Below, piece after piece: positions 35,238 to 49,567 of a stretch of DNA of 64,000 bases (position 1 is its first letter; each line of letters starts with the position of its first letter). The notes below the pieces were generated by a model. That model ran no database searches, had not been told where the DNA came from, and worked only from the letters and a program-made list of their open reading frames with translations. The stretch is taken from NCBI RefSeq assembly GCF_003019035.1, contig NZ_CP027447.1; one strand, written 5' to 3'. The stretch comes from Escherichia coli. GTDB taxonomy: Bacteria; Pseudomonadota; Gammaproteobacteria; Enterobacterales; Enterobacteriaceae. The translations under genes and the position numbers were made by a program.

Positions 35238-35840
35238 TTAGTGGTTAACGAATTCCCCATCCAGATAAACTTTGCCTTTTTCCACATGCATGACTAAACC
35301 ATCCAGATAATCAGGTTTAAATGTCGCATCACGCTTATCTTTAGCAATATATGTCAGGCAATGATTATGGGTGAAAATAACGATATTTTTATCAGGCGCT
35401 TTGCTTTGTAAGTCTTTAATTGCACTATAGATCTCATTACCGCACTGAAGAAGTCGTTTATCTACCGTCAGCTTTTTACCCGCTGAAAACCAGGTCGCCG
35501 ACTGAATGGTCCGGACGGTATTACTGGAATAAAGATCGAAATCAGGGATATCAGCACTAAAAGCGTTGCCCAGTTCACGGGCATCCTGGGTACCTTTGAC
35601 CGTAATACCTGTTTTATCTGACAAGCATTGATTGGTTGAACGATCGCAACGTTCAGCATGGCGAAACAAAACGACAACCGGATGCTGCTGTGCCAGTCTG
35701 GCCAGCGTTTTATTGTCGATACGTGGCAAACCATTGCTACTCCAGGCGGCATGAGTACCCAGTCCGGCAATTGCAGCGAGCGCCAGTAAAATGATGAAAT
35801 ATTTTTTTGACTTCAACGAAGAGCGGCAAAAAGCTAACAC
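35238..35840 (-). CDS. ais: Lipopolysaccharide core heptose(II)-phosphate phosphatase-like, aluminium-inducible protein Ais
   Basis: ORF 35238-35897. Preferred start is GTG at 35840 ([23 protein letters not shown]...), with a GGTGGAG SD upstream, giving 200 aa; histidine-phosphatase RHAE motif. Confidence 0.85.
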   Translation of the reverse strand: MLAFCRSSLKSKKYFIILLALAAIAGLGTHAAWSSNGLPRIDNKTLARLAQQHPVVVLFRHAERCDRSTNQCLSDKTGITVKGTQDARELGNAFSADIPDFDLYSSNTVRTIQSATWFSAGKKLTVDKRLLQCGNEIYSAIKDLQSKAPDKNIVIFTHNHCLTYIAKDKRDATFKPDYLDGLVMHVEKGKVYLDGEFVNH

Positions 35841-36032
35841 GTAAACTCCACCTATAGACAAGCGCAACCAGACAATTACCGTGAAATTGAGCGACATTTC
35901 TGGCGATAATTAGCAGTTGGTGTAATATTAAAAATCCTACGATGCCGGCAAAATGCCTCAAAATTTTGCCAAATGCAAAGCCTAAATAAGAAAAAATATA
36001 AAAATTTCAATATTTACGTCTAATATTAGTTT

Positions 36033-36049
36033 CTTAAGGTTAAGTTAAT
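36033..36049 (+). promoter_or_regulatory. PmrA (BasR) box upstream of arnB
   Basis: cttaag-gttaa-gttaat: two hexamer half-sites separated by 5 bp (consensus CTTAAT-N5-CTTAAT), about 95 bp upstream of the arnB start. Confidence 0.7.
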
Positions 36050-36129
36050 ATTCTATCCTTAAAATTTCGCTCCAAATGGCAAAATATACACAACACTCTT
36101 TATAGCAAATATAAGTGGACAGGTATTCA

Positions 36130-37287
36130 ATGGCGGAAGGAAAAGCAATGTCAGAATTTTTGCCTTTTTCGCGACCAGCAATGGGCGTAGAGGAACTCGC
36201 TGCAGTTAAAGAGGTTCTCGAATCCGGTTGGATCACAACCGGTCCGAAGAATCAGGCGCTTGAACAAGCCTTTTGCCAGTTGACGGGAAATCAGCATGCC
36301 ATCGCGGTCAGTTCAGCCACCGCCGGAATGCATATCACGCTAATGGCGTTGGAAATTGGCAAGGGCGATGAAGTGATTACGCCTTCCATGACCTGGGTTT
36401 CAACCCTCAATATGATTTCCTTGCTGGGTGCAACGCCGGTAATGGTGGATGTCGACCGCGATACGCTGATGGTCACGCCTGAAGCGATCGAGTCAGCCAT
36501 TACGCCACGCACTAAAGCCATCATTCCGGTGCATTATGCCGGTGCGCCAGCAGATATTGACGCCATTCGCGCCATTGGCGAACGTTACGGCATCGCAGTT
36601 ATCGAAGATGCTGCCCATGCCGTCGGTACGTATTACAAAGGGCGACATATTGGCGCAAAAGGTACCGCTATTTTTTCATTTCATGCCATTAAAAATATTA
36701 CCTGTGCTGAAGGTGGCCTGATTGTAACTGATAATGAAAACCTTGCCCGCCAGCTACGGATGCTGAAATTTCACGGTCTGGGTGTCGATGCCTATGACAG
36801 ACAAACCTGGGGCCGTGCACCGCAAGCTGAAGTCTTAACACCGGGCTATAAGTACAATCTGACCGATATTAACGCCGCGATTGCCCTGACCCAGTTAGCC
36901 AAATTAGAGCACCTCAACACCCGTCGGCGCGAAATTGCCCAGCAATATCAGCAAGCACTGGCAGCTCTCCCCTTTCAGCCATTAAGCCTTCCCGCCTGGC
37001 CGCACGTTCACGCCTGGCATCTGTTTATTATTCGTGTCGATGAACAACGTTGTGGTATCAGTCGCGATGCGTTGATGGAAGCGTTAAAAGAAAGAGGCAT
37101 TGGTACCGGGTTACATTTCCGCGCCGCTCACACACAAAAATATTATCGCGAGCGTTGTCCCACGCTGTCGTTACCGAATACCGAATGGAATAGCGAACGC
37201 ATCTGTTCGTTGCCGCTGTTCCCGGATATGACCACCGCCGATGCCGACCGCGTCATCACAGCCCTTCAGCAACTCGCAGGACAATAA
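36130..37287 (+). CDS. arnB: UDP-4-amino-4-deoxy-L-arabinose--oxoglutarate aminotransferase
   Basis: ORF from GTG 36115. ATG 36130 gives 385 aa ([10 protein letters not shown]...); an alternative ATG at 36148 has a stronger AAGGA SD. DegT/ArnB PLP aminotransferase. Confidence 0.93.
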   Translation: MAEGKAMSEFLPFSRPAMGVEELAAVKEVLESGWITTGPKNQALEQAFCQLTGNQHAIAVSSATAGMHITLMALEIGKGDEVITPSMTWVSTLNMISLLGATPVMVDVDRDTLMVTPEAIESAITPRTKAIIPVHYAGAPADIDAIRAIGERYGIAVIEDAAHAVGTYYKGRHIGAKGTAIFSFHAIKNITCAEGGLIVTDNENLARQLRMLKFHGLGVDAYDRQTWGRAPQAEVLTPGYKYNLTDINAAIALTQLAKLEHLNTRRREIAQQYQQALAALPFQPLSLPAWPHVHAWHLFIIRVDEQRCGISRDALMEALKERGIGTGLHFRAAHTQKYYRERCPTLSLPNTEWNSERICSLPLFPDMTTADADRVITALQQLAGQ

Positions 37288-38258
<971 letters not shown>

Positions 38259-38259
<1 letters not shown>

Positions 38260-40241
38260 TGAAAACCGTCGTTTTTGCCTACCACGATATGGGATGCCTC
38301 GGTATTGAAGCCCTGCTGGCTGCCGGTTACGAAATTAGCGCCATTTTTACCCATACCGATAATCCCGGTGAAAAAGCCTTTTATGGTTCGGTGGCTCGTC
38401 TGGCGGCGGAAAAAGGCATTCCGGTTTATGCGCCGGATAACGTTAATCATCCGCTGTGGGTGGAACGTATTGCCCAACTCTCACCAGAGGTGATTTTCTC
38501 TTTTTATTATCGCCATCTTATTTGCGACGAGATTTTGCAGCTCGCTCCCGCAGGTGCATTTAATCTGCATGGTTCGCTGTTACCAAAATATCGTGGTCGC
38601 GCGCCGCTGAACTGGGTGCTGGTGAACGGTGAAACGGAAACTGGCGTTACATTGCACCGAATGGTGAAACGTGCCGATGCCGGGGCCATTGTGGCGCAAC
38701 TGCGCATTGCCATTGCGCCAGACGATATCGCCATTACGCTGCATCATAAGTTATGTCATGCCGCGCGCCAGCTACTGGAGCAGACATTACCCGCCATTAA
38801 ACACGGTAATATTCTGGAAATCGCCCAGCGCGAAAACGAAGCCACCTGTTTTGGTCGCAGAACACCGAAAGACAGTTTCCTCGAATGGCATAAACCGGCA
38901 TCCGTGCTGCACAACATGGTGCGTGCCGTTGCCGATCCGTGGCCGGGTGCCTTCAGCTATGTTGGTAATCAGAAATTTACCGTCTGGTCGTCACGCGTGC
39001 ATTCTCATGCGCCCGCAGCACAACCGGGGAGCGTGATTTCTGTTGCGCCACTGCTGATTGCCTGTGGCGATGGCGCGCTGGAAATCGTCACTGGACAGGC
39101 GGGCGACGGCATTACTATGCAGGGCTCGCAATTAGCGCAGACGCTGGGCCTGGTGCAAGGTTCACGCTTGAATAGCCAGCCTGCCTGTGCCGCCCGACGC
39201 CGTACCCGGGTACTCATCCTCGGGGTGAATGGCTTTATTGGCAACCATCTGACAGAACGCCTGCTGCGCGAAGATCATTATGAAGTTTACGGTCTGGATA
39301 TTGGCAGCGATGCGATAAGCCGTTTTCTGAATCATCCGCATTTTCACTTTGTCGAAGGCGATATCAGTATTCATTCCGAATGGATTGAGTATCACGTCAA
39401 AAAATGTGATGTCGTCTTGCCTTTGGTGGCGATAGCCACGCCGATTGAATATACCCGCAACCCGCTGCGCGTATTTGAACTCGATTTCGAAGAGAATCTG
39501 CGCATTATCCGCTACTGCGTGAAGTACCGTAAGCGAATCATCTTCCCGTCGACTTCAGAAGTTTATGGGATGTGTAGCGATAAATACTTCGATGAGGACC
39601 ATTCTAATTTAATCGTCGGCCCGGTGAATAAACCACGCTGGATTTATTCGGTGTCTAAACAATTACTTGATCGAGTGATCTGGGCCTATGGCGAAAAAGA
39701 AGGTTTACAGTTCACCCTCTTCCGCCCGTTTAACTGGATGGGGCCACGACTGGATAACCTTAATGCAGCGCGAATTGGCAGCTCCCGCGCTATTACGCAA
39801 CTCATTCTCAATCTGGTAGAAGGTTCACCGATTAAGCTGATTGATGGCGGAAAACAAAAACGCTGCTTTACTGATATTCGGGATGGTATCGAGGCGTTAT
39901 ACCGCATTATCGAAAATGCGGGAAATCGCTGCGATGGCGAAATTATCAACATTGGCAATCCTGAGAACGAAGCGAGCATTGAAGAACTGGGGGAGATGCT
40001 GCTGGCGAGCTTCGAAAAACATCCGCTGCGCCATTACTTCCCACCGTTTGCGGGCTTTCGTGTTGTCGAAAGTAGCAGCTACTACGGCAAAGGATATCAG
40101 GACGTAGAGCATCGTAAACCGAGCATCCGCAATGCCCGCCGCTGCCTGGACTGGGAACCGAAAATTGATATGCAGGAAACCATCGACGAAACGCTGGATT
40201 TCTTCCTGCGCACCGTTGATCTTACGGATAAACCATCATGA
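38259..40241 (+). CDS. arnA: Bifunctional UDP-glucuronic acid decarboxylase / UDP-Ara4N formyltransferase
   Basis: 660-aa ORF with an N-terminal formyltransferase domain and a C-terminal SDR decarboxylase domain ([14 protein letters not shown]); ATGA overlap with arnC. Confidence 0.96.
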
Positions 40242-41128
40242 CCAAAGTCGGCTTACGCATTGATGTCGATACCTTTCGTGGCACCCGTGAAGGCGTGCCG
40301 CGTCTGCTGGAAATCTTGAGTAAGCATAATATTCAGGCCAGCATTTTTTTCAGCGTCGGCCCGGACAATATGGGCCGCCATCTCTGGCGACTGGTGAAGC
40401 CACAGTTTTTGTGGAAGATGCTGCGCTCAAACGCGGCATCGCTTTATGGCTGGGATATTTTACTGGCAGGTACGGCCTGGCCAGGTAAAGAGATTGGTCA
40501 TGCCAATGCCGATATCATTCGTGAAGCGGCTAAATACCACGAAGTCGGCCTGCACGCCTGGGATCACCACGCCTGGCAAGCCCATAGCGGCAACTGGGAT
40601 CGGCAAACGATGGTCGACGATATTGCACGAGGCCTTCGTACCCTGGAAGAGATTATCGGCCAACCAATAACCTGCTCCGCTGCCGCTGGCTGGCGTGCCG
40701 ACCAACAGGTGATCGAAGCAAAAGAAGGGTTCCATTTGCGCTACAACAGCGATTGTCGTGGGGTGATGCCGTTTCGTCCCTTGCTCGACTCAGGAAAACC
40801 CGGCACTGCGCAAATCCCGGTGACCTTACCCACCTGGGATGAAGTGATTGGTCGGGATGTGAAAGCAGAAGATTTTAACGGTTGGTTACTCAACCGCATC
40901 CAGCGAGATAAAGGCACGCCGGTTTACACCATTCATGCCGAAGTTGAAGGCTGCGCTTATCAGCATAATTTTGTGGATCTCCTGAAACGCGCAGCTCAGG
41001 AAGGCGTGACATTTTGCCCTTTAAGCGAACTGTTATCAGGGATGTTGCCGCTCGGACAAGTTGTTCGCGGAAATATTGCCGGACGTGAAGGCTGGCTGGG
41101 TTGCCAACAAATTGCGGGTAGTCGCTGA
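40238..41128 (+). CDS. arnD: 4-deoxy-4-formamido-L-arabinose-phosphoundecaprenol deformylase
   Basis: 296-aa polysaccharide-deacetylase-family ORF; overlaps the arnA stop. Confidence 0.94.
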   Translation: MTKVGLRIDVDTFRGTREGVPRLLEILSKHNIQASIFFSVGPDNMGRHLWRLVKPQFLWKMLRSNAASLYGWDILLAGTAWPGKEIGHANADIIREAAKYHEVGLHAWDHHAWQAHSGNWDRQTMVDDIARGLRTLEEIIGQPITCSAAAGWRADQQVIEAKEGFHLRYNSDCRGVMPFRPLLDSGKPGTAQIPVTLPTWDEVIGRDVKAEDFNGWLLNRIQRDKGTPVYTIHAEVEGCAYQHNFVDLLKRAAQEGVTFCPLSELLSGMLPLGQVVRGNIAGREGWLGCQQIAGSR

Positions 41129-42780
41129 TGAAATCGGTACGTTACCTTATCGGCCTCTTCGCGTTTATTGCCTGCTATTACCTGTTACCGATCAGCACGC
41201 GTCTGCTATGGCAACCCGATGAAACGCGTTATGCGGAAATCAGTCGGGAAATGCTGGCTTCCGGCGACTGGATTGTGCCTCATCTGTTAGGGCTACGTTA
41301 TTTCGAAAAACCCATTGCCGGATACTGGATTAACAGCATTGGGCAATGGCTATTTGGCGCGAATAACTTTGGTGTGCGGGCAGGCGTTATCTTTGCGACC
41401 CTGTTAACTGCCGCGCTGGTGATCTGGTTTACTCTGCGCTTATGGCGCGATAAACGTCTGGCACTACTCGCCGCTGTCATTTATCTCTCGCTGCTTATTG
41501 TCTACGCCATCGGCACTTATGCCGTGCTCGATCCGTTTATTGCCTTCTGGCTGGTGGCGGGAATGTGTAGCTTCTGGCTGGCAATGCAGGCACAGACGTG
41601 GAAAGGCAAAAGCGCGGGATTTTTACTGCTGGGAATCACCTGCGGCATGGGGGTGATGACCAAAGGTTTTCTCGCCCTTGCCGTGCCGGTATTAAGCGTG
41701 CTTCCATGGGTTGCAACGCAAAAACGCTGGAAAGATCTCTTTATTTACGGCTGGCTGGCGGTTATCAGTTGCGTACTGACGGTTCTCCCCTGGGGACTGG
41801 CGATAGCGCAGCGGGAGCCTGACTTCTGGCACTATTTTTTCTGGGTTGAGCATATTCAACGCTTTGCAATGGATGATGCTCAGCATAGAGCTCCGTTCTG
41901 GTACTACTTGCCGGTCATCATTGCCGGTAGCCTGCCGTGGCTGGGATTACTCCCCGGAGCACTGTACGCAGGCTGGAAAAACCGCAAGCATTCCGCAACC
42001 GTCTATTTGTTGAGCTGGACGATAATGCCGCTGCTGTTTTTCTCCGTCGCTAAAGGCAAATTGCCCACCTATATTCTTTCCTGCTTTGCACCTCTGGCAA
42101 TGCTGATGGCGCATTACGCTTTGCTGGCAGCAAAAAATAATCCTCTGGCGCTGCGGATTAATGGCTGGATTAACATCGCTTTTGGTGTCACTGGCATTAT
42201 TGCCACATTTGTGGTCTCCCCATGGGGACCAATGAACACGCCAGTGTGGCAAACCTTCGAGAGCTATAAAGTCTTTTGTGCCTGGTCGATTTTTTCGCTA
42301 TGGGCATTTTTCGGCTGGTACACCTTAACAAACGTCGAAAAGACCTGGTCTTTTGCCGCGCTTTGCCCGCTGGGGCTGGCGTTGCTGGTAGGATTTTCAA
42401 TTCCTGACAGAGTCATGGAAGGAAAACATCCGCAATTTTTTGTCGAGATGACACAAGAATCACTTCAGCCAAGCCGCTATATTCTTACTGATAGCGTCGG
42501 TGTTGCCGCAGGTCTGGCATGGAGCCTGCAACGCGATGACATCATCATGTATCGCCAGACAGGTGAGTTGAAATACGGCCTTAATTATCCGGATGCGAAA
42601 GGGAGATTTGTCAGCGGTGATGAGTTCGCAAACTGGCTTAATCAACATCGTCAGGAGGGGATTATTACACTCGTACTTTCGGTTGACCGCGATGAAGATA
42701 TCAACAGTCTCGCCATTCCGCCCGCAGATGCCATCGATCGTCAGGAGCGTCTGGTGCTGATTCAGTATCGTCCCAAATGA
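41128..42780 (+). CDS. arnT: Undecaprenyl phosphate-alpha-4-amino-4-deoxy-L-arabinose arabinosyl transferase
   Basis: 550-aa polytopic membrane glycosyltransferase (GT83). Confidence 0.95.
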
Positions 42781-43112
42781 TCTGGCTAACATTAGTCTTT
42801 GCCAGCTTGCTTAGCGTTGCCGGGCAGTTGTGTCAGAAACAGGCAACCTGCTTTGTGGCGATAAACAAACGGCGCAAACATATCGTGCTGTGGCTGGGAC
42901 TGGCGCTGGCTTGTCTTGGTCTTGCCATGGTGCTCTGGCTGCTGGTCTTGCAGAACGTACCGGTAGGCATTGCCTACCCGATGTTAAGTCTGAATTTTGT
43001 CTGGGTGACGCTGGCTGCAGTAAAACTGTGGCACGAACCGGTATCGCCGCGTCACTGGTGTGGGGTGGCGTTCATTATTGGTGGCATTGTGATCCTCGGG
43101 AGTACCGTGTAA
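42777..43112 (+). CDS. arnE: Undecaprenyl-phosphate-Ara4N flippase subunit ArnE
   Basis: 111-aa 4-TM small multidrug resistance-like protein; overlaps the arnT stop. Confidence 0.9.
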
Positions 43113-43498
43113 TGGGCCTGATGTGGGGATTATTCAGCGTCATTATCGCCTCCGCTGCGCAATTAAGCCTGGGTTTTGCGGCGAGTCATCTGCCGCCGAT
43201 GACGCACTTATGGGATTTTATCGCGGCGCTGTTAGCTTTTGGCCTGGATGCCCGGATACTGTTACTCGGGCTGCTGGGTTATCTGCTTTCCGTTTTTTGT
43301 TGGTATAAAACACTACATAAACTTGCACTAAGCAAAGCCTATGCCTTGCTCAGTATGAGTTATGTGCTGGTATGGATTGCTTCAATGGTACTTCCCGGCT
43401 GGGAAGGAACTTTTTCGCTGAAAGCACTACTGGGAGTAGCCTGTATTATGAGCGGGTTGATGCTGATTTTCCTGCCCACGACAAAACAACGTTACTGA
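43112..43498 (+). CDS. arnF: Undecaprenyl-phosphate-Ara4N flippase subunit ArnF
   Basis: 128-aa ORF starting [23 protein letters not shown], read in a frame inside the track ORF 42830-43498; TAATG overlap with arnE. Confidence 0.88.
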
Positions 43499-43758
43499 GT
43501 TTTCCCTGCCACTTTACACTGCCGTTCCCACTCATCGGGGCTGTAGCTGCTTGCCGAGAGGACTTTCACCGTATGCAGCTTTTCACGATTAATACAATAA
43601 AGCGCATTCTGCAAAGGCGAGAGTAAATCCCCCACTTTCACGGCGAAGTCACTCTTCACTTCGGCAATCATTTTTATCGTGCCACCAGCATCACAAAGCT
43701 TAAGTACATGTCTGTTATCTTGTTTATCACAGCATGACTTTTTAACCAGCCATTCCAT
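43492..43758 (-). CDS. pmrD: Signal transduction connector protein PmrD
   Basis: ORF 43492-43788. Preferred start is ATG 43758 ([26 protein letters not shown]), giving 88 aa; convergent with arnF and overlapping its 3' end by 7 nt. Confidence 0.9.
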
Positions 43759-43867
43759 TGCACCACCCTGTTTGATAAGAATTTTCACATTAATTTACAG
43801 ATTAACAGATAAACCTATTATCAACGGCAATGGAATGGCAAAATTGCGAAGTGAAACTAATGATTTC

Positions 43868-45223
43868 TTAATCCTGGCGTTGCACCCACTCTTTTAGCGC
43901 CCGACGTGAAATTTTAATACCGCCGTTTTTCAGTTCTGATGGTAACGTTAACCAACGCACCGGTTGCTGAAAACGAGCCAACTTGTCTTTCACCCATTCG
44001 TCAAGATCAACGGTTTGCTGGTCATACTCCACCACCGCTACCGGCCGATGACCAAACTCCTTGTCGGCAACGGGGACGATAAACACCTGCAAAACCGCAG
44101 GATGTGCAGCAATAACGCGCTCGACTTCTTCCGGCTGAATACCCTCACCGCCACTGAAGAATAGATTGTCTAAACGTCCGACAATGGTCAGCTTGCCATT
44201 ATGCATCTCACCGCGATCGCGCGTGGCGTACCAGCCTTCGTCATTAACCAGTGGAACCCGTTGCCCGTTACGCCAGTAACCTTCTGCCATACTGGCAGCC
44301 CGCAGCCACACTTCATCATTAACGATTTTCACTTCCCGACCCGGCAGCGGCGAACCAACGTCCGCCAGGCCGTCGGCTTCTTTCGCACACACCGTGGAGG
44401 CAAACTCGGTCAGACCATAGCCGCAAAAGCAACGAATCCCCTGCTCGCGCGCCTGTTCCGTCAACTCGACCGGGATAGCCGCGCCGCCAAGTAAAACCGC
44501 TTTCAGGGAAACGGAACTACGGTTAACCAGCAAACGCCAGAGTTGTGTTGGCACCAGTGAAGCGTGAGTACAGCCTGCCAGCATTTGCTCCAGGGGCTGT
44601 TTATCACGTACCGTCATCCGCGCACCAGCGTATAACCAGCGCCACATAATCCCCTGACCGGAGACGTGAAACAGCGGTAAAGAGAGCAACCAGTCATCGT
44701 GCTCGCCAAACGGTATCAGCGATAACACACCTTGCGCACTGGCAAGATGGGCCTGATAAGTATGAACAGCGGCTTTCGGCAAACCGGTAGAGCCGGAGGT
44801 CAACGTCATTGAGCACAGACGCGTCGGCTGCCACGCAGCGGCATGTGCGCCTTCAACCAGCTGAATGTGCAGCGACGTTAACGCCGGAAACGTGTTTTCC
44901 CCATCCGGCACCAGCGCAAATTGCAGCGTCAGATTGGGCAGCAATTCCTCAAGCAACGGTTGCGGCAGTTGAGGGTTCACGGGCAGCACCCGCGCCCCGC
45001 ATTGCAGTAACGCCAGCCAAGCGAGCAGCGTTTGCGGCGTATTCCACGCCCGCAACATCACGCCGCTGCCCTCAACAACGCCCTGTGCCACAAAGCCGGA
45101 GGCTAATTCATCGACGCGAGCACAAAGCTCGCGCCAGTTAAGTTGCTCGTCATTAAGACGTAAGGCGATGGCTTCTCCCCGCACTTGCCGCCAGTGGCGC
45201 CACGGCCAGTCAGAGAAGATCAT
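43868..45223 (-). CDS. menE: o-Succinylbenzoate--CoA ligase
   Basis: 451-aa ANL-superfamily ORF with AMP-binding motif ([12 protein letters not shown]). Confidence 0.95.
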   Translation of the reverse strand: MIFSDWPWRHWRQVRGEAIALRLNDEQLNWRELCARVDELASGFVAQGVVEGSGVMLRAWNTPQTLLAWLALLQCGARVLPVNPQLPQPLLEELLPNLTLQFALVPDGENTFPALTSLHIQLVEGAHAAAWQPTRLCSMTLTSGSTGLPKAAVHTYQAHLASAQGVLSLIPFGEHDDWLLSLPLFHVSGQGIMWRWLYAGARMTVRDKQPLEQMLAGCTHASLVPTQLWRLLVNRSSVSLKAVLLGGAAIPVELTEQAREQGIRCFCGYGLTEFASTVCAKEADGLADVGSPLPGREVKIVNDEVWLRAASMAEGYWRNGQRVPLVNDEGWYATRDRGEMHNGKLTIVGRLDNLFFSGGEGIQPEEVERVIAAHPAVLQVFIVPVADKEFGHRPVAVVEYDQQTVDLDEWVKDKLARFQQPVRWLTLPSELKNGGIKISRRALKEWVQRQD

Positions 45224-46182
45224 AACAGCCGCTCCAGTGCATCAACTTCCACTAACGGCAGTGGGCTCCCCGGCCAGCGACGAACCTGCTGCGCCTGCAT
45301 CAGATCCAGCGTGTCCAGCCCCGGAATGGTGTCTGGCGTTAACCAGGCGGCAATCCGCGCCAGTTGCGTTAAGCCTAAGCTCGACTCAATAGAAGAACTG
45401 ATCACCGCCGTCAGCCCCAACGCGTGCGCCGCCTGCACCTGCTCGCGTACTTTATCCAGGCTGCCCGTAAGCGTGGGTTTGATAACTACCGCGCGCACAC
45501 CTTTTTCCGCCACAAAGGCAAAATCCGGCTCACGCAGGCTTTCATCCCAGGCAATGGCAATGCCGGTTTCACGGGCAAACGCACGCGAATCATCGCGGGT
45601 TTTGCACGGCTCTTCGAGAAAAGCAATGCGGTGGCGATAATCCGGGTTAACGTATTTGGCAAACTGCTGGCCTTTCAGCGGTGTCCAGGCGCGATTCGCG
45701 TCAAGACGCAAATGCAGATCCGGAATTGCCTCCAGCAACAGATTCACCACCATGCCGTCGCGCACGGCTTCGTACAATCCCACTTTGACCTTCGCCACTT
45801 TCTCGCCCGGCATATCGGCAAGTTTGAGGATCAGATCGTCCGGATCGCCATTACACAGCGGTGCCGCACGGTAGTTGGCTGCTTGCGGCAACGCATCGGT
45901 CAGTTCTGCCAATGCACAGCTTACGCCAAAGGCCACGGAAGGCATCTGCGGTAGCTCGCAATCGCCTGCCAGCCAGTTATTTACCCAGGCAAGCAGCACG
46001 CTTTGCGCCTCTTCCCAGGTTTCCTGGCTGAAGCCCGGCAGTGGGGAGATCTCCCCCCACCCTTCGCGCTCGCCCTCACGCAGGCAAACGTACAGCCCGT
46101 CGCGGGTTTTTAACCGCCTGTCGCGCAGAACCACCCCCGCGTCCATGGGGATCTGCCAGCGGTATACCTGCGCGCTACGCAT
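45220..46182 (-). CDS. menC: o-Succinylbenzoate synthase (enolase superfamily)
   Basis: 320-aa ORF ([54 protein letters not shown]). Confidence 0.95.
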   Translation of the reverse strand: MRSAQVYRWQIPMDAGVVLRDRRLKTRDGLYVCLREGEREGWGEISPLPGFSQETWEEAQSVLLAWVNNWLAGDCELPQMPSVAFGVSCALAELTDALPQAANYRAAPLCNGDPDDLILKLADMPGEKVAKVKVGLYEAVRDGMVVNLLLEAIPDLHLRLDANRAWTPLKGQQFAKYVNPDYRHRIAFLEEPCKTRDDSRAFARETGIAIAWDESLREPDFAFVAEKGVRAVVIKPTLTGSLDKVREQVQAAHALGLTAVISSSIESSLGLTQLARIAAWLTPDTIPGLDTLDLMQAQQVRRWPGSPLPLVEVDALERLL

Positions 46183-47039
46183 TACGGATTCCGTTTAAAT
46201 TTGCTGAAGTCAGGCTGACGTTTCTGGTTGAAGGCGTTGCGACCTTCCTGACCTTCTTCCGTCATGTAGAACAGCATGGTGGCGTTGCCCGCCAGCTCCT
46301 GCAGACCTGCCTGACCGTCACAGTCGGCGTTCAGTGCAGCTTTCAGGCAGCGCAGCGCCATCGGGCTGTTTTGCAGCATTTCACGGCACCAGCGCACGGT
46401 TTCTTTTTCCAGATCCGCCAGCGGTACCACGGTGTTTACAAGGCCCATATCCAGCGCCTGTTTCGCGTCGTACTGACGGCACAGGAACCAGATTTCACGC
46501 GCTTTTTTCTGTCCGACGATGCGCGCCATGTAGGAAGCGCCCCAGCCGCCGTCGAAGGAACCGACTTTCGGGCCAGTCTGACCGAAGATGGCATTATCTG
46601 CCGCGATAGTCAGGTCGCACATCATGTGCAGAACGTGACCGCCGCCGATGGAGTAGCCAGCCACCATCGCGACAACCGGTTTCGGACAGGTACGGATCTG
46701 ACGCTGGAAGTCCAGCACGTTCAGGTGATGTACGCCGGAATCATCTTTATAGCCGCCGTAATCGCCACGCACTTTCTGGTCACCACCGGAGCAGAACGCT
46801 TTATCGCCTGCACCAGTCAGAATGATCACGCCGATGTTGTCGTCATAACGCGCATCCGCCAGCGCCTGGATCATCTCTTTTACCGTCAGAGGACGGAAGG
46901 CATTGCGCACCTGCGGACGATTAATGGTGATTTTTGCGATACCGTCGGTGGATTTTTCATAACGAATGTCCTCAAAACCTTCGGAGCAGTCGTGCCATTC
47001 AACCGGTGCGTAAAGCATTGCTTCATCAGGATAAATCAT
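46182..47039 (-). CDS. menB: 1,4-dihydroxy-2-naphthoyl-CoA synthase
   Basis: 285-aa crotonase-fold ORF ([42 protein letters not shown]). Confidence 0.96.
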
Positions 47040-47053
47040 ATTGTGTCCTTTAG

Positions 47054-47812
47054 TCAGAAACGCAAGATCTGCGCCAGACTTGCGATTACGCCAGCGGGAT
47101 TTTCCCGGTGCGCGTTATGTCCGGCGCGAGGAATGACATGGCATTCGGCAGCCAGTTCCGCCGCCAGAGCGCGGAATTTGCTGTCACGTTCACCACATAA
47201 ATAATAAAACGCAAATGTGCGGGCGCTAAGGTTAGCACGTAAATCGGGCTGGACGGCGAGAGAAGTCGCCTCCAGCATGGCGGCAAGCGTTGCGCCATTA
47301 TTGTTGCTGCGCAGCGCAACCAGCTCCCGGCGTTGTTCGTCATTGAGTGAGGCAAAAACAGGCTGTTGATACCAATCAGCAAATACCGCCGTTAACGGTT
47401 CTGTGCGAAAACGCTGCGCCCATTGGCGATCGGAACGCTGACGTTGCGTGCGTTGTTCAGCATTTTGCAACCCAGGATGCCCGCCTTCGACAACAACCCC
47501 ACAAAGCCCCGCCAGCCCCTGGCAAGCCGCCATCATCGCCACCCGTCCGCCAAGCGAGTACCCCACCAGCCAGAAGTCAAGGATGTTGTAACTAACCAAG
47601 GTTTTACACAGTAAGCCGGTGACATCATCAAATCCATCGACGCTAATCGCCGCCGAACCACCGTGACCAGGGAGATCAACATACAACCGTGAGTAGTCGG
47701 CAAACACCTCGCCCACTTCTTGCCATTCATGGCAATCGCCGGAAAAACCGTGCAAAAACACCAGCCAGGGTAAACCTGGTTTACCGTGTTTTGCCTGCGC
47801 GTGCAGGATCAT
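47054..47812 (-). CDS. menH: 2-succinyl-6-hydroxy-2,4-cyclohexadiene-1-carboxylate synthase (alpha/beta hydrolase)
   Basis: 252-aa ORF with GYSLGGR nucleophile-elbow motif. Confidence 0.93.
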
Positions 47813-49479
47813 AAATGGCTTACCTGCGCCAGCAGTTGCTGGAGGGTTTGCGCACCATCGGTGTCGTTAACCACCATTTCAATTACCGTGGTGGTCGGCG
47901 TGCGCCAGGCGTCGGCAAGTGCCGTTTCAAGTTCCTGCCAGTTTTGCGGACGATGATATTTCAGCTCGAACATCGCGGCGGCGTGCTCAAAATGGACGTT
48001 TTGCGGCATCAGGTAAAAACGCTCGCGCTCGCTTTTCGGCGTTGGCAACAGCGAAAAAATTTGCCCGCCGTTGTTGTTCACCACAATTAATACCAGCGGC
48101 GCGGAAACCTGGCGCAATAATGCCAGCGCGTTGAGATCGTAAAGTGCGGAGAGATCGCCCACAATCGCCAGCGTCGGTTTGCCGCTGGCCCGCTGAACGC
48201 CGGCGGCAGTCGAGAGCAGCCCGTCGATACCGCTGGCACCACGGTTGCTGTACACCGGGTAACCTGCCGGAAGTTGCGAAAGCGCATCAATCAGACGCAC
48301 CACCAGGCTGTTACCGACAAACAATTGCCCCTGTTCAGGCAAGTAGTCGCTGATGCGATGCGCCAGTTGCGCTTCGCCAAACGCATCGCGACGGGCAATA
48401 ACCGCCTGCATTGCCTGTTCCGCCAGGCGCGGGATTTCAACGCACCAGGGCTGGCGTTTTTCTGCCGGATGCAGCTCCAGCCAGTCGGCAATATTGGCAA
48501 TTAAGCGACGTCCGCGATGATGTGCCGGATCAAGTCGCCCTTCGATGTCATCAACAATCCAGTACTCTTCCGGTTCACAGCTTGCCTGCCATTGCAGGAG
48601 CCGTTTGCCCGTCAGGCTGCTTCCCAGTTGCACCACAATTTGCGCCTGTTGCAGTTCGCTGGTCGCTTTGGCATTGCCTAACCAGAGATCGGCACACGGC
48701 AGCGGCTGTCCGGTTTGCGACAGCACATCGCCAATCAGCGGCCAGCCAAGAGTTTGCGCCCACAGTGCGACTTTTTTGCCTTCTTCCGCACTCATGCGCC
48801 CGGCAACCACCACGCCGCGCTTTTGTCGCCAGAAGAACCAGTCGCGCTGTTTTTCACTTTCCAGACGAGGCGCTTCACGCAGCCACGGCTTATCGTCCTG
48901 CCACCAGTCGCCCAGACGCTGTTGCCAGCTAAGCCCGGTGTCGTCCATTTCGCCATACAGCGGTTCGGCAAACGGACAGTTGATATGGACTCCACCAGCA
49001 TGAAGCGTACCGAGAGCGTGGTCGATGGTAGAAACCAGCCAACGTGCGGGGATATCCTGGGTCGGGCGCGGCAATGAAATACTGTGCGTGGGGTGAGAGG
49101 CGAACATTCCCGGCTGACGAATCGCCTGATTCGCGCCGCAGTCAATGAGCTCCGGCGGGCGATCGGCGGTTAACAGGATCAGTTTTTCTCCGGTTAACCC
49201 GGCTTCAATCAGTGCCGGATAGAGATTTGCTACCGCCGTGCCGGAGGTCACAATCACAGCCACCGGCTGCTTGCTGACTTTCGCCAGCCCCAGCGCCAGA
49301 TGCCCCAGTCCACGCTCATCGAAATGGGTGTGGTGAATGAATGCGGAATTCTCCGCCGCCGCTAACGTTAACGGTGTAGAACGCGAGCCAGGGGCGATAC
49401 AGATGTGTCTGACGCCGTGACGCGTTAATGCTTCCAGAATGACCGCCGCCCAGCGTCGGTTAAATGCGCTTACTGACAT
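47809..49479 (-). CDS. menD: 2-succinyl-5-enolpyruvyl-6-hydroxy-3-cyclohexene-1-carboxylate synthase (ThDP-dependent)
   Basis: ORF 47809-49830. Preferred start is ATG 49479 ([42 protein letters not shown]), giving 556 aa; the longer ORF-track start runs antisense into menF. Confidence 0.93.
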   Translation of the reverse strand: MSVSAFNRRWAAVILEALTRHGVRHICIAPGSRSTPLTLAAAENSAFIHHTHFDERGLGHLALGLAKVSKQPVAVIVTSGTAVANLYPALIEAGLTGEKLILLTADRPPELIDCGANQAIRQPGMFASHPTHSISLPRPTQDIPARWLVSTIDHALGTLHAGGVHINCPFAEPLYGEMDDTGLSWQQRLGDWWQDDKPWLREAPRLESEKQRDWFFWRQKRGVVVAGRMSAEEGKKVALWAQTLGWPLIGDVLSQTGQPLPCADLWLGNAKATSELQQAQIVVQLGSSLTGKRLLQWQASCEPEEYWIVDDIEGRLDPAHHRGRRLIANIADWLELHPAEKRQPWCVEIPRLAEQAMQAVIARRDAFGEAQLAHRISDYLPEQGQLFVGNSLVVRLIDALSQLPAGYPVYSNRGASGIDGLLSTAAGVQRASGKPTLAIVGDLSALYDLNALALLRQVSAPLVLIVVNNNGGQIFSLLPTPKSERERFYLMPQNVHFEHAAAMFELKYHRPQNWQELETALADAWRTPTTTVIEMVVNDTDGAQTLQQLLAQVSHL

Positions 49480-49567
49480 GAGTTTGTCCGGTATCAATAT
49501 TGCGGCTAAGTATAAGGAGCTACAAAAATAGATTATTGATATGAATCGGTAATGATGCGACTCATTA

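Noticed and set aside
46041-47204. 387-aa plus-strand ORF antisense to menB/menH, and 481-aa ORF 59721-61166 antisense to nuoL
   Set aside because: Long antisense frames within well-defined conserved genes. The translations are Arg/His/Gln-rich with no domain signature, typical of chance ORFs opposite coding sequence.
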